NCBI GenBank assembly: GCA_963708135.1
Contig: OY970192.1
Coordinates: forward strand, 3,808,001 to 3,872,000
DNA: 64,000 nucleotides
Source: an uncultured Gemmatimonadales bacterium
GTDB lineage: Bacteria; Gemmatimonadota; Gemmatimonadetes; Longimicrobiales; RSA9
Reading direction: 5' to 3'
Numbering within the stretch: position 1 is the first letter of the stretch; each line of letters begins with the position of its first letter. Shown in pieces: positions 11,271-21,967 of this stretch. The translations under genes and the position numbers were made by a program. Under the pieces are notes generated by a model. It was not told the origin of the DNA. It did not search any database and saw only the letters and a program-made list of their open reading frames with translations.

Positions 11271-14200
11271 ATGAAGAAACCTTTATTTCTCGCCACTGTC
11301 GCGGTTTGCATGCTCGCGTCCCCGGCCCTGGCACAGCAAAAAACGGTGACGGGAAAGGTCAGCGATGCGCAGGGTACTCCATTGGCCGGCGCGCAGATCG
11401 CCATCAAGGGGACGTCCCTTGGCGCGCTGACCAACACCGAGGGGACGTATTCGATCCAGGCTCGGCCCGGCCAGGTGCTGCAGTTCAGCTACCTCGGCCA
11501 TGCGACGGTCGAACGCACTGTGGGTGCCGCCAACGTCATCAACGTCACGCTGCGCGCGGCAGCCATCAACCTCGAGGCCGTCGAGGTCACGGCGCTCGGA
11601 CGGACGGCCGCACGCCGAACCCTGGGCACCTCACAGCAGACCGTGCAGGGTGCCGCCATTGCCCAGACGCAGCGACCGGATTTCCTGAATGCGCTCTCCG
11701 GGCGCGTTGCCGGCGTGGATGTAACTACCACCTCCGGCGTTCCGGGCGCTTCCAGTCTGATCACCATCCGCGGCGTCAGCTCGATCAGCAGCAGCAACCA
11801 GCCGCTCATCATCGTGGACGGTCTTCCGGTCAACAACTCGACCATTGCCACAGTGGCCTTCGCGGCGGACAGGCCCAACACGAACGCGGCGTTCGACAAC
11901 CGCGGGATCGACTTCACCAACCGGGCTTCGGACTTCAACCCCGAAGACATTCAGTCGATCACCGTGCTGAAGGGGCCGGAAGCGGCCGCACTCTACGGCA
12001 TTGACGCGGCAAATGGCGCTATCGTCATTACCACCAAGCACGGCACGCCGGGTACCGGCGGCCTGGAGTACAGCAACAGCATTCAGATCGCCAGCATAGC
12101 GAAATACCCCGAGATCCAGAAAGTCTACGGCCCCAGCGGTCTGTATGGCGACAGCTACTCCTATTTCGGGGACAAGTACGCACCGGGCACGACGTTCTAC
12201 AACAACATCGAGGGCTTCTTCCAGACGGCCGTGACCCAGAAACACAATCTTGCGTTCAGCGGGGCCACTCCAGACAACCGCGTGAACTACCGTATTTCGT
12301 CCAGCCTGACGAAACAGAAGGGTATTGTCCCGAATACCAAGTACGACCGCATCAACGTCATGGCCAACTCTCAGGCCCAGGTCACGAACTGGCTGCATGC
12401 CGATGTCGTGATGCAATACGCCTACGACACCAACCACCAGCCTCTGCGCGGGTCCGCCGCCGGGCCCCTGCTCGGGTTGCTCGTCTGGCCGGATACGGTC
12501 GACGCGCAGAATTGGCTCACCGCCGCCGGTACGCGGCTCAGGCTGACTACCCTGTCGGAAGGGTCGGAACTGGACAACCCCTATTTCGCCGTCAACAAGA
12601 ATCAGAACAACAACAAGACGAACCGACTCAACGTCAACTTCGGATTCAGCGTTTCGCCGTTCTCCTGGGGCTACCTCAAGAGCAACATTGGTGTGGACAA
12701 CTACACCTCCAATTATCTGGTCCTCAGGCATCCGGAGAGCACGCTGGGGTACTCGAACCACGGCATCATCGACCAGTCAGACGTGATGACGCGCAATATC
12801 AACGCGCAGACGGTTTTCAACTTCAACCGGTACGACATCACAAAGGGCATGTCGATCAGCGGCTTTGTCGGAAACTCCATCACCAATGACAGAAACCAGG
12901 CGGATGGTACCGAGGGGTTGGATTTCCTGGACCCCAACTTCGTTTCCGTCAACAACGTGAACCTGCAGGCGAGCACCAGCAATCTGTACCGCCGCCGCCT
13001 GGTCAGCGCGTTCGGTTCCGCGACGCTCAACTTCAACGATTACCTCTACATCACGGGCACCGGCCGCAACGACTGGACATCGACGATTCCCCAGGAGCGC
13101 AATTCATTCTTCTACCCGTCCGTTTCCGGGAGCTTCGTCTTCTCGGACGCGTTTCCAGCGGTTCGCCAGTTCATGACGGGGCGGTTGCGGGCCGCCTATG
13201 CCGAGGTCGGCAGAGATGCGCAGCCCTACTCGTATCGGCCGTCGCTGCTGCACAGAACGACGTCCTACGGGGGCTACAGCTACAACTACTGGGGCCCGAA
13301 TCTGAATCTCAGGCCCGAGTTTGCCAGATCCTACGAGGTCGGCACCGAGCTGGGCTTCCTGGATGATCGCCTCGGCCTGGATGTCTCGCTTTACCGCAAG
13401 ACCACCCGGGATCAGATCGTTCAGAACATTCGTGGCAGCTACGCGACGGGGTTCGTTCTCTTCAACCTCAACGGGGCGTCGACCCGAAATCAGGGTGTCG
13501 AGGTGACGCTGCGCGGCAGTCCGGTTCTGGGCAGACGCTTCTCCTGGGACGTTATCGCGAACTTCGCGGCGGAGCGCGGCAAGGTGTTGAGCCTGCCGCA
13601 CGAGCTGCCGGAATCCTATAACTCCGACACCTGGCTCTACGACGGAGTCCGCAACGGGACCAGGCCGGGCCTGTCGACGATGTCGCTCATGGGTCAGTTC
13701 TATCAGCGGGTGGAAACGGACAGTGCGGGGATGAAGGGTGCGCTGTTGATCGATCCGACGACGGGTCTGCCGCTGCTGCATGCGGACTTCATCGATGCTG
13801 GATTCGATCGGCAACCCGACTTCACGCTCGGCATCGGTAACACGTTCCGCTACAGGAGCTTCACGCTGGATTTCCTGTTCGACATCCGCAAGGGTGGTGA
13901 CGTCTACAACGCGACCGAGCAGTACCTCACGGCCAGGGGGTTGTCCACGCAGACGCTGGATCGCGAGACGCCGCGCGTGGTCAAGGGGGTCATCCGGGAT
14001 GGGAACGAGAACAGCCCCAATCCAACCGTCAACAACATCGAGGTCACCCCGGCCGATGAACCGCAGTACTACACCAACATGAGCGCCGAGGATTTCATCC
14101 AGCGCAACGTCAACTGGTTGCGGCTGCGCGATGCGACGCTCTCGTATCAGTTGCCGGCCAACAAGATCCTGCATGCCCACACGGCCAGCATCTACATCAC

Positions 14201-14357
14201 GGGGACGGACCTGCTTCTCATTACCAACTACACCGGGCTGGACCCGATCGTCAACGGCAATACTGCGGCAGTGGGCGGATCGAGCGGAGTTGGCATTGAT
14301 TTCGGCAATTTCCCGATGCCGCGCGCGTTCAACTTCGGCATCAGAGTGGGGTTTTAA
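11271..14357 (+). CDS. SusC/RagA family TonB-dependent outer membrane receptor
   Basis: Signal peptide, N-terminal extension, plug motifs (NQPLIIVDG; DFNPEDIQSITVLKGPEAAALYG), terminal Phe. Confidence 0.95.
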   Translation: MKKPLFLATVAVCMLASPALAQQKTVTGKVSDAQGTPLAGAQIAIKGTSLGALTNTEGTYSIQARPGQVLQFSYLGHATVERTVGAANVINVTLRAAAINLEAVEVTALGRTAARRTLGTSQQTVQGAAIAQTQRPDFLNALSGRVAGVDVTTTSGVPGASSLITIRGVSSISSSNQPLIIVDGLPVNNSTIATVAFAADRPNTNAAFDNRGIDFTNRASDFNPEDIQSITVLKGPEAAALYGIDAANGAIVITTKHGTPGTGGLEYSNSIQIASIAKYPEIQKVYGPSGLYGDSYSYFGDKYAPGTTFYNNIEGFFQTAVTQKHNLAFSGATPDNRVNYRISSSLTKQKGIVPNTKYDRINVMANSQAQVTNWLHADVVMQYAYDTNHQPLRGSAAGPLLGLLVWPDTVDAQNWLTAAGTRLRLTTLSEGSELDNPYFAVNKNQNNNKTNRLNVNFGFSVSPFSWGYLKSNIGVDNYTSNYLVLRHPESTLGYSNHGIIDQSDVMTRNINAQTVFNFNRYDITKGMSISGFVGNSITNDRNQADGTEGLDFLDPNFVSVNNVNLQASTSNLYRRRLVSAFGSATLNFNDYLYITGTGRNDWTSTIPQERNSFFYPSVSGSFVFSDAFPAVRQFMTGRLRAAYAEVGRDAQPYSYRPSLLHRTTSYGGYSYNYWGPNLNLRPEFARSYEVGTELGFLDDRLGLDVSLYRKTTRDQIVQNIRGSYATGFVLFNLNGASTRNQGVEVTLRGSPVLGRRFSWDVIANFAAERGKVLSLPHELPESYNSDTWLYDGVRNGTRPGLSTMSLMGQFYQRVETDSAGMKGALLIDPTTGLPLLHADFIDAGFDRQPDFTLGIGNTFRYRSFTLDFLFDIRKGGDVYNATEQYLTARGLSTQTLDRETPRVVKGVIRDGNENSPNPTVNNIEVTPADEPQYYTNMSAEDFIQRNVNWLRLRDATLSYQLPANKILHAHTASIYITGTDLLLITNYTGLDPIVNGNTAAVGGSSGVGIDFGNFPMPRAFNFGIRVGF

Positions 14358-14359
14358 CC

Positions 14360-15952
14360 ATGAAATTCACGATGAAGCCGATCAGAAAAGCAGGTGCAGT
14401 GCTTCTCCTGGGCGTCGCCACCCTGAGCGCGTCTGCCTGCCGGGATTTCCTGGACGTCAACAAGAACCCCAACGGGCCTGAGGTGGTCAGTGCCAACCTG
14501 TACCTGCCATCCATGATCCACTGGATGGTGACGTCTCCGCAGTACGACGGCCGCTACGTGAGCCTGTACAACCAGGAGTTCGTGTACCCGTACGGCGGCT
14601 ATCGGCGGAACGATTTCCAGAGGATGGGCTACCTGCCGGGCAGCGACGTCGGTGGCGAGCAGTGGCGAATGACCTACTGGCTGTTCGGGCAGAACCTCAT
14701 CGACATGATGGACGAGGCCCGGGCCGAGCAGCGCTGGGACGTGCTGGGCGTGGGTTACGTGCTCAAGGCCGTTGGCTGGCAGGACGTAACGGATATGCAC
14801 GGCCCGATCATCATCAAGGAAGCGTTCGACCAGACCAGGTTCAGCTTCGACTACGACTCGCAGGAGTACGCGTATCAGACCATCCAGGACGACCTGGACA
14901 GTGCCATCGTGTACTTGCAGAGGACCGATGGCGCCGTCAACGCGTCGTATCTGGCGCAGGGCGACCACATGTACAACGGCGATCGCGCCAGCTGGCTCAG
15001 GTTCGCCTATGGCCTGCTCGCCCTCAACCTGAATCACTACTCGAACAAGGCGAGCTACGATCCGCACGCGGTGATTGCCGCGGTCGACAACTCGTTTACC
15101 AGCAACGCGGACGATGCGGAACTCAAGTATCCCGGCCAGCAATCGAACGATGACCTCAATTTCCTGGGGCCGACGCGCGGCAACTTCCCCTACTACCGGC
15201 AGTCGGACTTCATCGTGCACCTGATGGACGGTACCGAATTCGGCGGAACGGTCGATCCGCGTATGAGCCGCATGCTGTCGGCGGCGCCCGACAACCAGTA
15301 TCGTGGCGTCAATGTGAACGATGACAGCTGGGGTGACCTCACGACCGACCAGCGGCCCAACAACGTCTACGGCTACCCTGGCGCCACGCGCGTCGGCCTG
15401 CCCGGGAAGTACATCTTTTCCGATAAGGCCGAGGTTCCGGTGCTCACCTACGCGGAGCTGCAGTTCATCAAGGCGGAGGCCGCTTTGCGGGCGGGCGACC
15501 AGGGAACGGCGTTGATGGCCTACAAGAACGGCATCTCGGCTTCCATGGATTTTGTCAACAAGCACAACCTGGATGACGGGCAGTGGCCAACCCAGATCAC
15601 GGCCGATGAGAAGGAGGCCTTCCTGTCCGACCCGAACATCGTGCCGTCCATGCTCACGTTGTCCCACGTCATGTCCCAGAAGTTCATCGCGCTGTGGGGC
15701 TGGGGCCACGATGAGATCTGGATGGATCTGCGCCGCTATAATTACACCGACATGGATCCGGTCAGCGGCACCGAGGTGTTCCGCGGTTTCGGAGTGCCGA
15801 CGAATCTCTACGGCGACAACAACGGCAAGGTTGTCGAGCGCATGCGGCCAAGGTACAATTCCGAGTACGTGTGGAACCAGGCTGGTCTGGCGAAGGTCGG
15901 CGGCCTAGCCCCCGATTACCACACCGTGCCGGAATGGATCACCGAGCCCTGA
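14360..15952 (+). CDS. SusD/RagB family nutrient-binding lipoprotein
   Basis: Lipobox SAC followed by DFLDVNKNPN; TYAELQFIKAEA, QKFIALW and WMDLRR motifs; directly after susC. Confidence 0.93.
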   Translation: MKFTMKPIRKAGAVLLLGVATLSASACRDFLDVNKNPNGPEVVSANLYLPSMIHWMVTSPQYDGRYVSLYNQEFVYPYGGYRRNDFQRMGYLPGSDVGGEQWRMTYWLFGQNLIDMMDEARAEQRWDVLGVGYVLKAVGWQDVTDMHGPIIIKEAFDQTRFSFDYDSQEYAYQTIQDDLDSAIVYLQRTDGAVNASYLAQGDHMYNGDRASWLRFAYGLLALNLNHYSNKASYDPHAVIAAVDNSFTSNADDAELKYPGQQSNDDLNFLGPTRGNFPYYRQSDFIVHLMDGTEFGGTVDPRMSRMLSAAPDNQYRGVNVNDDSWGDLTTDQRPNNVYGYPGATRVGLPGKYIFSDKAEVPVLTYAELQFIKAEAALRAGDQGTALMAYKNGISASMDFVNKHNLDDGQWPTQITADEKEAFLSDPNIVPSMLTLSHVMSQKFIALWGWGHDEIWMDLRRYNYTDMDPVSGTEVFRGFGVPTNLYGDNNGKVVERMRPRYNSEYVWNQAGLAKVGGLAPDYHTVPEWITEP

Positions 15953-16102
15953 GCGGGACCGGATGTGACCGGACATCGCCGGCATCCTGACCCGTGAACG
16001 CGGGAATGCGGAGGGCGGACATGAGCCAACGTCTCCCATGTTCGCCCTCCGCGTTGCTTTTTGCAGCGTATGAGATCGGGACAACCTGATCAGGAGGGAA
16101 AC

Positions 16103-16648
16103 GTGACGTTTTCGGTGCCAGGCCGTTCCCGCTCCACGTTCTTGCGCGGCGGATGGTGGGCCGCGATTCCGCTCGTCATGGCCACGGCACAGCCGGTTGT
16201 CGTGCAGGTGCGCGAGTACGAGGGATCCACGACGGCCAATGTCGTCGCCTGGAGCTCCAGGCGTCCGAATTGGGGGCTGCGAACCGCCGTACGCAAGAAC
16301 GGATCGCTGGAACGCGACCACTACGTTTTCGTCAACACGATCTTTCTCGGACTGAAGTCCTCACCGCGGTTCGTGAAGATGCTCGAGCCGCGCGTACGGA
16401 ATCTGGAGACCACGATCGTCTCGAACGATGTTCACAGCTGCTACCGGAGCGATCTGTGCTCCCCGCGCTCCTACCTGGCCGCGCGCGTTCCTGATCGACT
16501 GTTGCAGGCCAGGCCGGACAGCATCGTGCTGGTGTTGCCGTCCGAAAGAGACGCCAGTGGTCAGGTCACGATCAGGATCACGACCAATGTGATCACGCCC
16601 TACGTTGCGACGGTCGATTCGCTGGTCGCCGCGCGCAAGAAAAAGTAG
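16103..16648 (+). CDS. Hypothetical protein
   Basis: AGGAGG before GTG 16103; protein-like composition with one Cys pair; no family recognised. Confidence 0.55.
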   Translation: MTFSVPGRSRSTFLRGGWWAAIPLVMATAQPVVVQVREYEGSTTANVVAWSSRRPNWGLRTAVRKNGSLERDHYVFVNTIFLGLKSSPRFVKMLEPRVRNLETTIVSNDVHSCYRSDLCSPRSYLAARVPDRLLQARPDSIVLVLPSERDASGQVTIRITTNVITPYVATVDSLVAARKKK

Positions 16649-16656
16649 CCGTCCGC

Positions 16657-17040
16657 TCACCAGATCTGAACGCTCGACATGGACAGAGTCGGCTGCACGA
16701 ACAGTTGAATCCTCATGCCGGGCTGGAACAGGAAGGCCGGAAAGGTGAACGCACCGTCGGCTCCCACCACCTCGGCCTGGAACTGAAGCTCCGGCCGGGC
16801 CAGCAGCTGCCGGGGAATGCGCAGGTCGCGCGTCTTCAGAGCGGGCACGGTTCCAACCAGGATCCGCGTGCCACCCAGAATCGCCCACACGTCCACCGGG
16901 GCATTGTGATTGTTCTGAACGATGACTGTCGGCTGATCCGAAGGTGCCGGCTGGGCGCCTTCGTCGTTCGCCGTTGCACCTGCGCATGCGGCAAGAAGCA
17001 GCACCAGGCTCGCCCCCGAGTAACTCCGTATCTTCGACAT
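16657..17040 (-). CDS. Hypothetical small lipoprotein
   Basis: GGAG before ATG 17040; MSKIRSYSGASLVLLLAAC lipobox; beta-rich body. Confidence 0.7.
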   Translation of the reverse strand: MSKIRSYSGASLVLLLAACAGATANDEGAQPAPSDQPTVIVQNNHNAPVDVWAILGGTRILVGTVPALKTRDLRIPRQLLARPELQFQAEVVGADGAFTFPAFLFQPGMRIQLFVQPTLSMSSVQIW

Positions 17041-17400
17041 CTCCCCGCTCCTCCTGCGCTGCAGTGGGCAGGGCCCTGCGAACGGGCGAACCGCGCACCG
17101 CGTAAAGCCTTGCGAAGTCGGTGCAGAAGTCGTTCCAGTCGCGACGGCGAGGGCCCCACCACCGCGGGCGCAGGCTGAGCTCACGGTTCTCTAAGACCGT
17201 CGGGGTGCAGGCCGACTCCCTATTCCCGATCCCACACGGGCCCCGCCCCCCTGCCATCTTCGGTGCCACACCACCGCGCGCTACCACCTCCCACTGGTGG
17301 CGCTCGTGCCACGCAGGTTTCTGGCAGGCAAGACGGTTGCCCTGGATTCACAAAGCGGCCTATATAGGGGCGCAAATCGCTCTACCGAACGAGGCCCCCC

Positions 17401-18774
17401 ATGCAGCCCCCCGTGATCGTCGTGCCCGGCATCACCGCGTCCGTCCTGCGCGACCTCTACCCTTCGGAGCCCGAGGCCGTCTGGACCATCGTGAAGAAGC
17501 AGTACGACCGCGTCGCGCTGCACCCGGACGACCTGCGCTACGAGCGGGGCGAGCCGGCCAGGGTGGTGCCGGAGCGCGTCTTCGGCGTGCCGTACGATGG
17601 GTTGATCGACGAGCTGCGCCACAACCTGGCGGACCACGAGGACCAGCCGGTGCCCGTGTTCGCCTTCCCGTACGACTGGCGCATGCCACTCCAGCCCGTG
17701 CAGGAGCAGCTCGCGGCGTTCATCGGAGAAGTGATCGGGCGCACGTCGCTGCTCCGGCACTACCACGCGGCCGGGTACGCGGACGACCCGAAGGTCAACC
17801 TCGTCGGGCACTCGATGGGAGGCTTGATCATCACGGGCCACCTCGCCGCCACCGGAGATAGGCGGGTGCGCCGCGTGGCGACGCTGGCCGCGCCGTTCCG
17901 CGGCTCGTTCGAGGCCGTGATCAAGGTGGCGACCGGCACCGCGGAGCTCGGCATGGGGAAATCCGCCTCGCGCGAGCGCGAGGTGGCGCGGCTCACGCCG
18001 TCGCTCTACCACCTCGTGCCTTCGTACGGGGATGCCGTGATCGCGGAGAAACCGGAGTGGCGAGATCTCTACGACCCGGACGCCTGGCAGCCGAGCGTGG
18101 CGCAGACGATCGCCGAGTACATCCGGCTCTACGGCCTCGATCCCGCGCGCGCACGCTCGGGCCGGGAGGCCCAGGCGCGCGAGATCCTGGCGACGCTGCT
18201 CGAGCAGGCGCAGGGGCACCGCCGCGCCGTCGAGGACTTCACGCTCTCCAGGACCGGCCTCACGGATGACGACTGGCTGTGCATCGTGGGTGTGGGCGAG
18301 GAGACGCGCACGAAGCTGCGTATCGTGGACGATGGCCGGGGCAATCCGTTCTTCGACCTGTCGTCCGCCCAGCGCGTGAACGGCTATCCCCATCCGAAGA
18401 CCGTGGCCGGCCAGGTGGTCGAGCAGCTCTGGGACACGGGCGATGGCACCGTCCCCTACTTCGGCGCGCGTGCCTCGTTCATCCCGCTCAGCAAGGTCGT
18501 GGCGCTGTGCGACGGCGACTTCGGCTACTGGGAGCTGCGCGACCGCTTCCTCGAGGGAGTGGCCGGGCTGCACGGGCTGCTCCCCGCCATGTCCGTGGCG
18601 CAGAAGCTGGTGGTCGCGCACCTGCGCGGCAAGGCTGGCGAGCCGGGACGCGCGGGCCCGGGCCTGTGGGGCCGCCGCGCGCCCGACCTGGCGATCAACG
18701 TCGAATGGGAGCCGCCGATCCGCGGCCTGCGCGAGAAGCCGCCCGCGCCGGCCGTGGGCCTGCCTGTCGCGTGA
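17401..18774 (+). CDS. Alpha/beta-hydrolase, LCAT/PGAP1-like lipase/acyltransferase
   Basis: VVPGI, FPYDWR, GHSMGG nucleophile elbow, APFRGS and GDGTVP motifs. Confidence 0.85.
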   Translation: MQPPVIVVPGITASVLRDLYPSEPEAVWTIVKKQYDRVALHPDDLRYERGEPARVVPERVFGVPYDGLIDELRHNLADHEDQPVPVFAFPYDWRMPLQPVQEQLAAFIGEVIGRTSLLRHYHAAGYADDPKVNLVGHSMGGLIITGHLAATGDRRVRRVATLAAPFRGSFEAVIKVATGTAELGMGKSASREREVARLTPSLYHLVPSYGDAVIAEKPEWRDLYDPDAWQPSVAQTIAEYIRLYGLDPARARSGREAQAREILATLLEQAQGHRRAVEDFTLSRTGLTDDDWLCIVGVGEETRTKLRIVDDGRGNPFFDLSSAQRVNGYPHPKTVAGQVVEQLWDTGDGTVPYFGARASFIPLSKVVALCDGDFGYWELRDRFLEGVAGLHGLLPAMSVAQKLVVAHLRGKAGEPGRAGPGLWGRRAPDLAINVEWEPPIRGLREKPPAPAVGLPVA

Positions 18775-18870
18775 AATCAAGCATCGCGCCGCAGGCGCCG
18801 CGTGCGCGGCCGCAGCCGGCGCATTACACTGTCCGGGTCAACCCGCTTTCCCGACCTCAGGACCTGATCG

Positions 18871-20640
18871 ATGACGACGCGACCCTCGACGCTCGCCGGC
18901 GTCACGCTTGCCGTGGTGCTCGCCGCCGTTTCCGCGCTGCGGACGGCGCCGCTCCGCGCGCAGACGTTCCCCACGAAGGACGCCACGCTGCGGCGCATCT
19001 ACGCCATCGGTATGGACAGCTCACGCCTCCCCACGGAGGCCCACGTGCTGTTCGACTCGCTCGGCCCGCGGCTCATGGGCAGCCCGGACCTCAAGCGGGC
19101 GCAGGACTGGCTGCTCAGAGAGTACGCGAGCTGGGGCATCGATGCGCGCGAGGAGCGCTACGGCACGTGGCGCGGCTGGGTGCGCGGGCCCTCGCACATC
19201 GACCTGGTGGCGCCGCGCAACCGCACGCTCCAGGGGCAGATGGTGGGCTACAGCCCCGGCACGGGCGGCGAGCCCGTCACGCTCGAGACCGTCATCCTGC
19301 CCGTGTTCCACGACAGCACCGAGTTCGTGCGCTGGCTGCCGCAGGCAAAGGGGAAGCTGGTGCTGATCTCCGCGGGCCTCCCCACCTGCCGGCCGCAGGA
19401 CGACTGGGCGATGAACGCCACGCCGGAGTCCAAGGCGCGCATGGACACCCTCATGGTCGAGACCGGGAAGGACTGGAGCGTCGTCCGTCCGGGGCCCGGC
19501 GTGGACGGCGCGAGCGCGGGGCTGCACGGCACCGGCTACTACCCCGCCCTGGGCGGCGGCGACCTGGGCGTTCGGCTCGAGGCGGGCGGGGCCGCCGGCA
19601 TCATCAGCTCGCGCCCCAAGCTGTCGTGGCGGATGGGCGGCGGGCGCACGCCGGAGCAGGTCGCGGCCGCCGAGCTCGAGGGCCGCGGCGACCCCTTCGG
19701 CGGCTTCGCGGGCGCCCTCAACACCGGCTGGGGCGCCATGGAGGTCTTCGAGACGTACAACACGAAGACGCCGGCCATTGCGCTGGACTGCGAGGACTAC
19801 GGCCTCGTCTACCGCCTCACGAAGGACGGCGACCACCCGAAGATCCGGCTGAACCTCGAGGGCAAGCTGCTCGGCGAGCAGCCCGTCTACAACGTCATCG
19901 CCACGATTCCCGGAACGGAGAAGCCCGACGAGTACGTGATGCTCTCGGCGCACTTCGACTCGTGGGACGGCTCGTCGGGCGCCACGGACAACGGCACCGG
20001 CACGCTGACGATGATGGAGGCGATGCGGATCCTGAAGCAGGTCTACCCGCACCCCAGGCGCACCATCCTGGTCGGCCACTGGAGCGGCGAGGAGGAAGGC
20101 GAGGTCGGCTCGAAGGCGTTCACGGAGGATCACCCCGAGGTGCTGAAGGGGCTCCAGGCGCTCTTCAACCAGGACAACGGCACCGGCCGCATCGTGCGCA
20201 TCGGCGGCGCCGGCCTCGTGCACGCGCCGGAGCACGTGAACGCCTGGCTGGCCGAGATCCCCGTCGAGTGGCGGCAGCGCATCGACGGCGGCGCGCCGGT
20301 CGAGCCGGGCCGCCCCGCCGGCGGCGGCAGCGACGACTTCTCGTTCGGCTGCCACGGCCTCCCCGCGTTCGGCCTCGGCGCGCTGTCGTGGGACTACGGC
20401 AACGTGACCTGGCACACCGAGCGCGACACGTACGACAAGGTCGTCTTCGACGACCTGCGCTACAATGCGACGCTCACCGCCATGCTCGCCTACCTGGCCT
20501 CCGAGGACCCCGGCCGGATTCCGCTCGACCGCGTGGACCTGGCGAGCCTGCCGCCCTCCCGTTACGCCCGCCGTGGAAGCCAGGCGAGCTGGCCGGAGTG
20601 CGAGAAGGCGCCGCGATCGACCAATCCGCGCCTGCACTAA
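18871..20640 (+). CDS. Secreted M28 family metallopeptidase
   Basis: Signal peptide; SAHFDSWD, GATDNGTG, GEEEG, GGSDD and WHTERDTYDK motifs. Confidence 0.9.
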   Translation: MTTRPSTLAGVTLAVVLAAVSALRTAPLRAQTFPTKDATLRRIYAIGMDSSRLPTEAHVLFDSLGPRLMGSPDLKRAQDWLLREYASWGIDAREERYGTWRGWVRGPSHIDLVAPRNRTLQGQMVGYSPGTGGEPVTLETVILPVFHDSTEFVRWLPQAKGKLVLISAGLPTCRPQDDWAMNATPESKARMDTLMVETGKDWSVVRPGPGVDGASAGLHGTGYYPALGGGDLGVRLEAGGAAGIISSRPKLSWRMGGGRTPEQVAAAELEGRGDPFGGFAGALNTGWGAMEVFETYNTKTPAIALDCEDYGLVYRLTKDGDHPKIRLNLEGKLLGEQPVYNVIATIPGTEKPDEYVMLSAHFDSWDGSSGATDNGTGTLTMMEAMRILKQVYPHPRRTILVGHWSGEEEGEVGSKAFTEDHPEVLKGLQALFNQDNGTGRIVRIGGAGLVHAPEHVNAWLAEIPVEWRQRIDGGAPVEPGRPAGGGSDDFSFGCHGLPAFGLGALSWDYGNVTWHTERDTYDKVVFDDLRYNATLTAMLAYLASEDPGRIPLDRVDLASLPPSRYARRGSQASWPECEKAPRSTNPRLH

Positions 20641-20648
20641 CGCGCGCC

Positions 20649-21923
20649 ATGCCGTCTGCTGAATCCCTGGTCCCCGAGGAAGCGCTCCCGCCGACACCGG
20701 ACAATGTGGCCGCCTCGGCGGCCGTCGCGCGTCATCCCTGGGTGTGGGCGGTGTTGTACTTCCCCTTCGGACTCTCGTTCGGTTTTCCCTCGATCGCCCT
20801 CGGCTATCTGGCGGTGAAAGCGGGCATCTCGGTGTCGGCAATTGCCGGAGTGGTCGGGATGACACTGCTCGCGTCGGGGTGGAAGTTCGTGTGGGCGCCG
20901 ATCGGCGACTATACGCTCTCGCGCAAGCGGTGGTACCTGATTGCGATCGCGACCGTGTCGATCGGATTCCTCGCGATCACGCTCGTTCCGCTCTCCCCGG
21001 AAGCGATGCCGCTGCTGTCACTGCTGGTGCTGATGTCGAGCGTGGCGGCGACGTTCGTGGCGTTCGCCACCGAGGGGTTGATGGTGCACAACACTCCGAT
21101 CGACGCGCGCGGTCGCGCGGCCGGATGGTTCCAGTCGGGGAACCATCTGGGTCAGACGGCGGGGGGCGGGCTGGGCCTCTGGTTCATGCGACACGCGCCG
21201 CAGCCGTGGATGGCGGGTGCCGGTCTCGCAATGGTGTTGTTCGTGTGCGCGCTGCCGCTCGTGCTGGTGCGCGAGCCGCCCCGTGCGCTGCGCGGCGCGT
21301 CGGTGCGCGCGCGCGTGGGCGACGCCTGGCGCGAGCTGGTGGGCGTCGTCCGGTCTCGCGTGGGGCGCATAGGGTTGATCCTCGCCGTGCTCCCCATCGG
21401 CACCGGTGCAGCCAAGGATCTGTTCGGCTCGCTCGGCCCCGAATGGAGCGTGCCGGCCGACACCGTGTCGCTGGTGCTCGGCGCGGGCGGGGGGATCGCG
21501 ATCGTGCTGGGCTGCTTCGCCGGTGGACGGTTGGCAGATCGCATCAACAAGCCGTGGGCGTACGCGCTCTCGTGCACGCTGGGGCTGGTCGCCTGTGCGG
21601 TGATGGCGTGGTCGCCGCGGTCGGTCACGGGATACACGGTCTCGACGCTCTTCTATACGTTCACGCTGGGCATGGTCGCGGGGTCGTTCACCGGGCTGGT
21701 GCTGGCGATCGTCGGGCACACGGCGGCGGCCACCAAGATCAACCTGTTCTTCGCGCTCAACACGCTGTTCACCCTCGGCATGCTGCGCGCCGACGGATGG
21801 GCGCACGACGCGTGGCGCACCAACGGGATGCTCTACACCGAAGCGCTGGTTGGCGCGGCTGCGGTGGTCCTGTTCGCGTGGCTGGCGGGCAAGGTGCGGG
21901 GGACGGAATTGCCCGCCGCGTAG
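20649..21923 (+). CDS. MFS transporter (AmpG-like)
   Basis: C-terminal part of ORF 18279-21923 from ATG 20649; about 12 TM helices, WKFVWAPIGD and GGRLADR motifs. Confidence 0.82.
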   Translation: MPSAESLVPEEALPPTPDNVAASAAVARHPWVWAVLYFPFGLSFGFPSIALGYLAVKAGISVSAIAGVVGMTLLASGWKFVWAPIGDYTLSRKRWYLIAIATVSIGFLAITLVPLSPEAMPLLSLLVLMSSVAATFVAFATEGLMVHNTPIDARGRAAGWFQSGNHLGQTAGGGLGLWFMRHAPQPWMAGAGLAMVLFVCALPLVLVREPPRALRGASVRARVGDAWRELVGVVRSRVGRIGLILAVLPIGTGAAKDLFGSLGPEWSVPADTVSLVLGAGGGIAIVLGCFAGGRLADRINKPWAYALSCTLGLVACAVMAWSPRSVTGYTVSTLFYTFTLGMVAGSFTGLVLAIVGHTAAATKINLFFALNTLFTLGMLRADGWAHDAWRTNGMLYTEALVGAAAVVLFAWLAGKVRGTELPAA

Positions 21924-21967
21924 CCGTTCAATGGGTCAACGCAGGACGCTGCGGTTCGGCGCGGAAG

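Noticed and set aside
18279..20648. N-terminal 790 aa of the 1214-aa ORF
   Set aside because: Off-frame overlap with the lipase and peptidase; only the MFS part from 20649 is credible.
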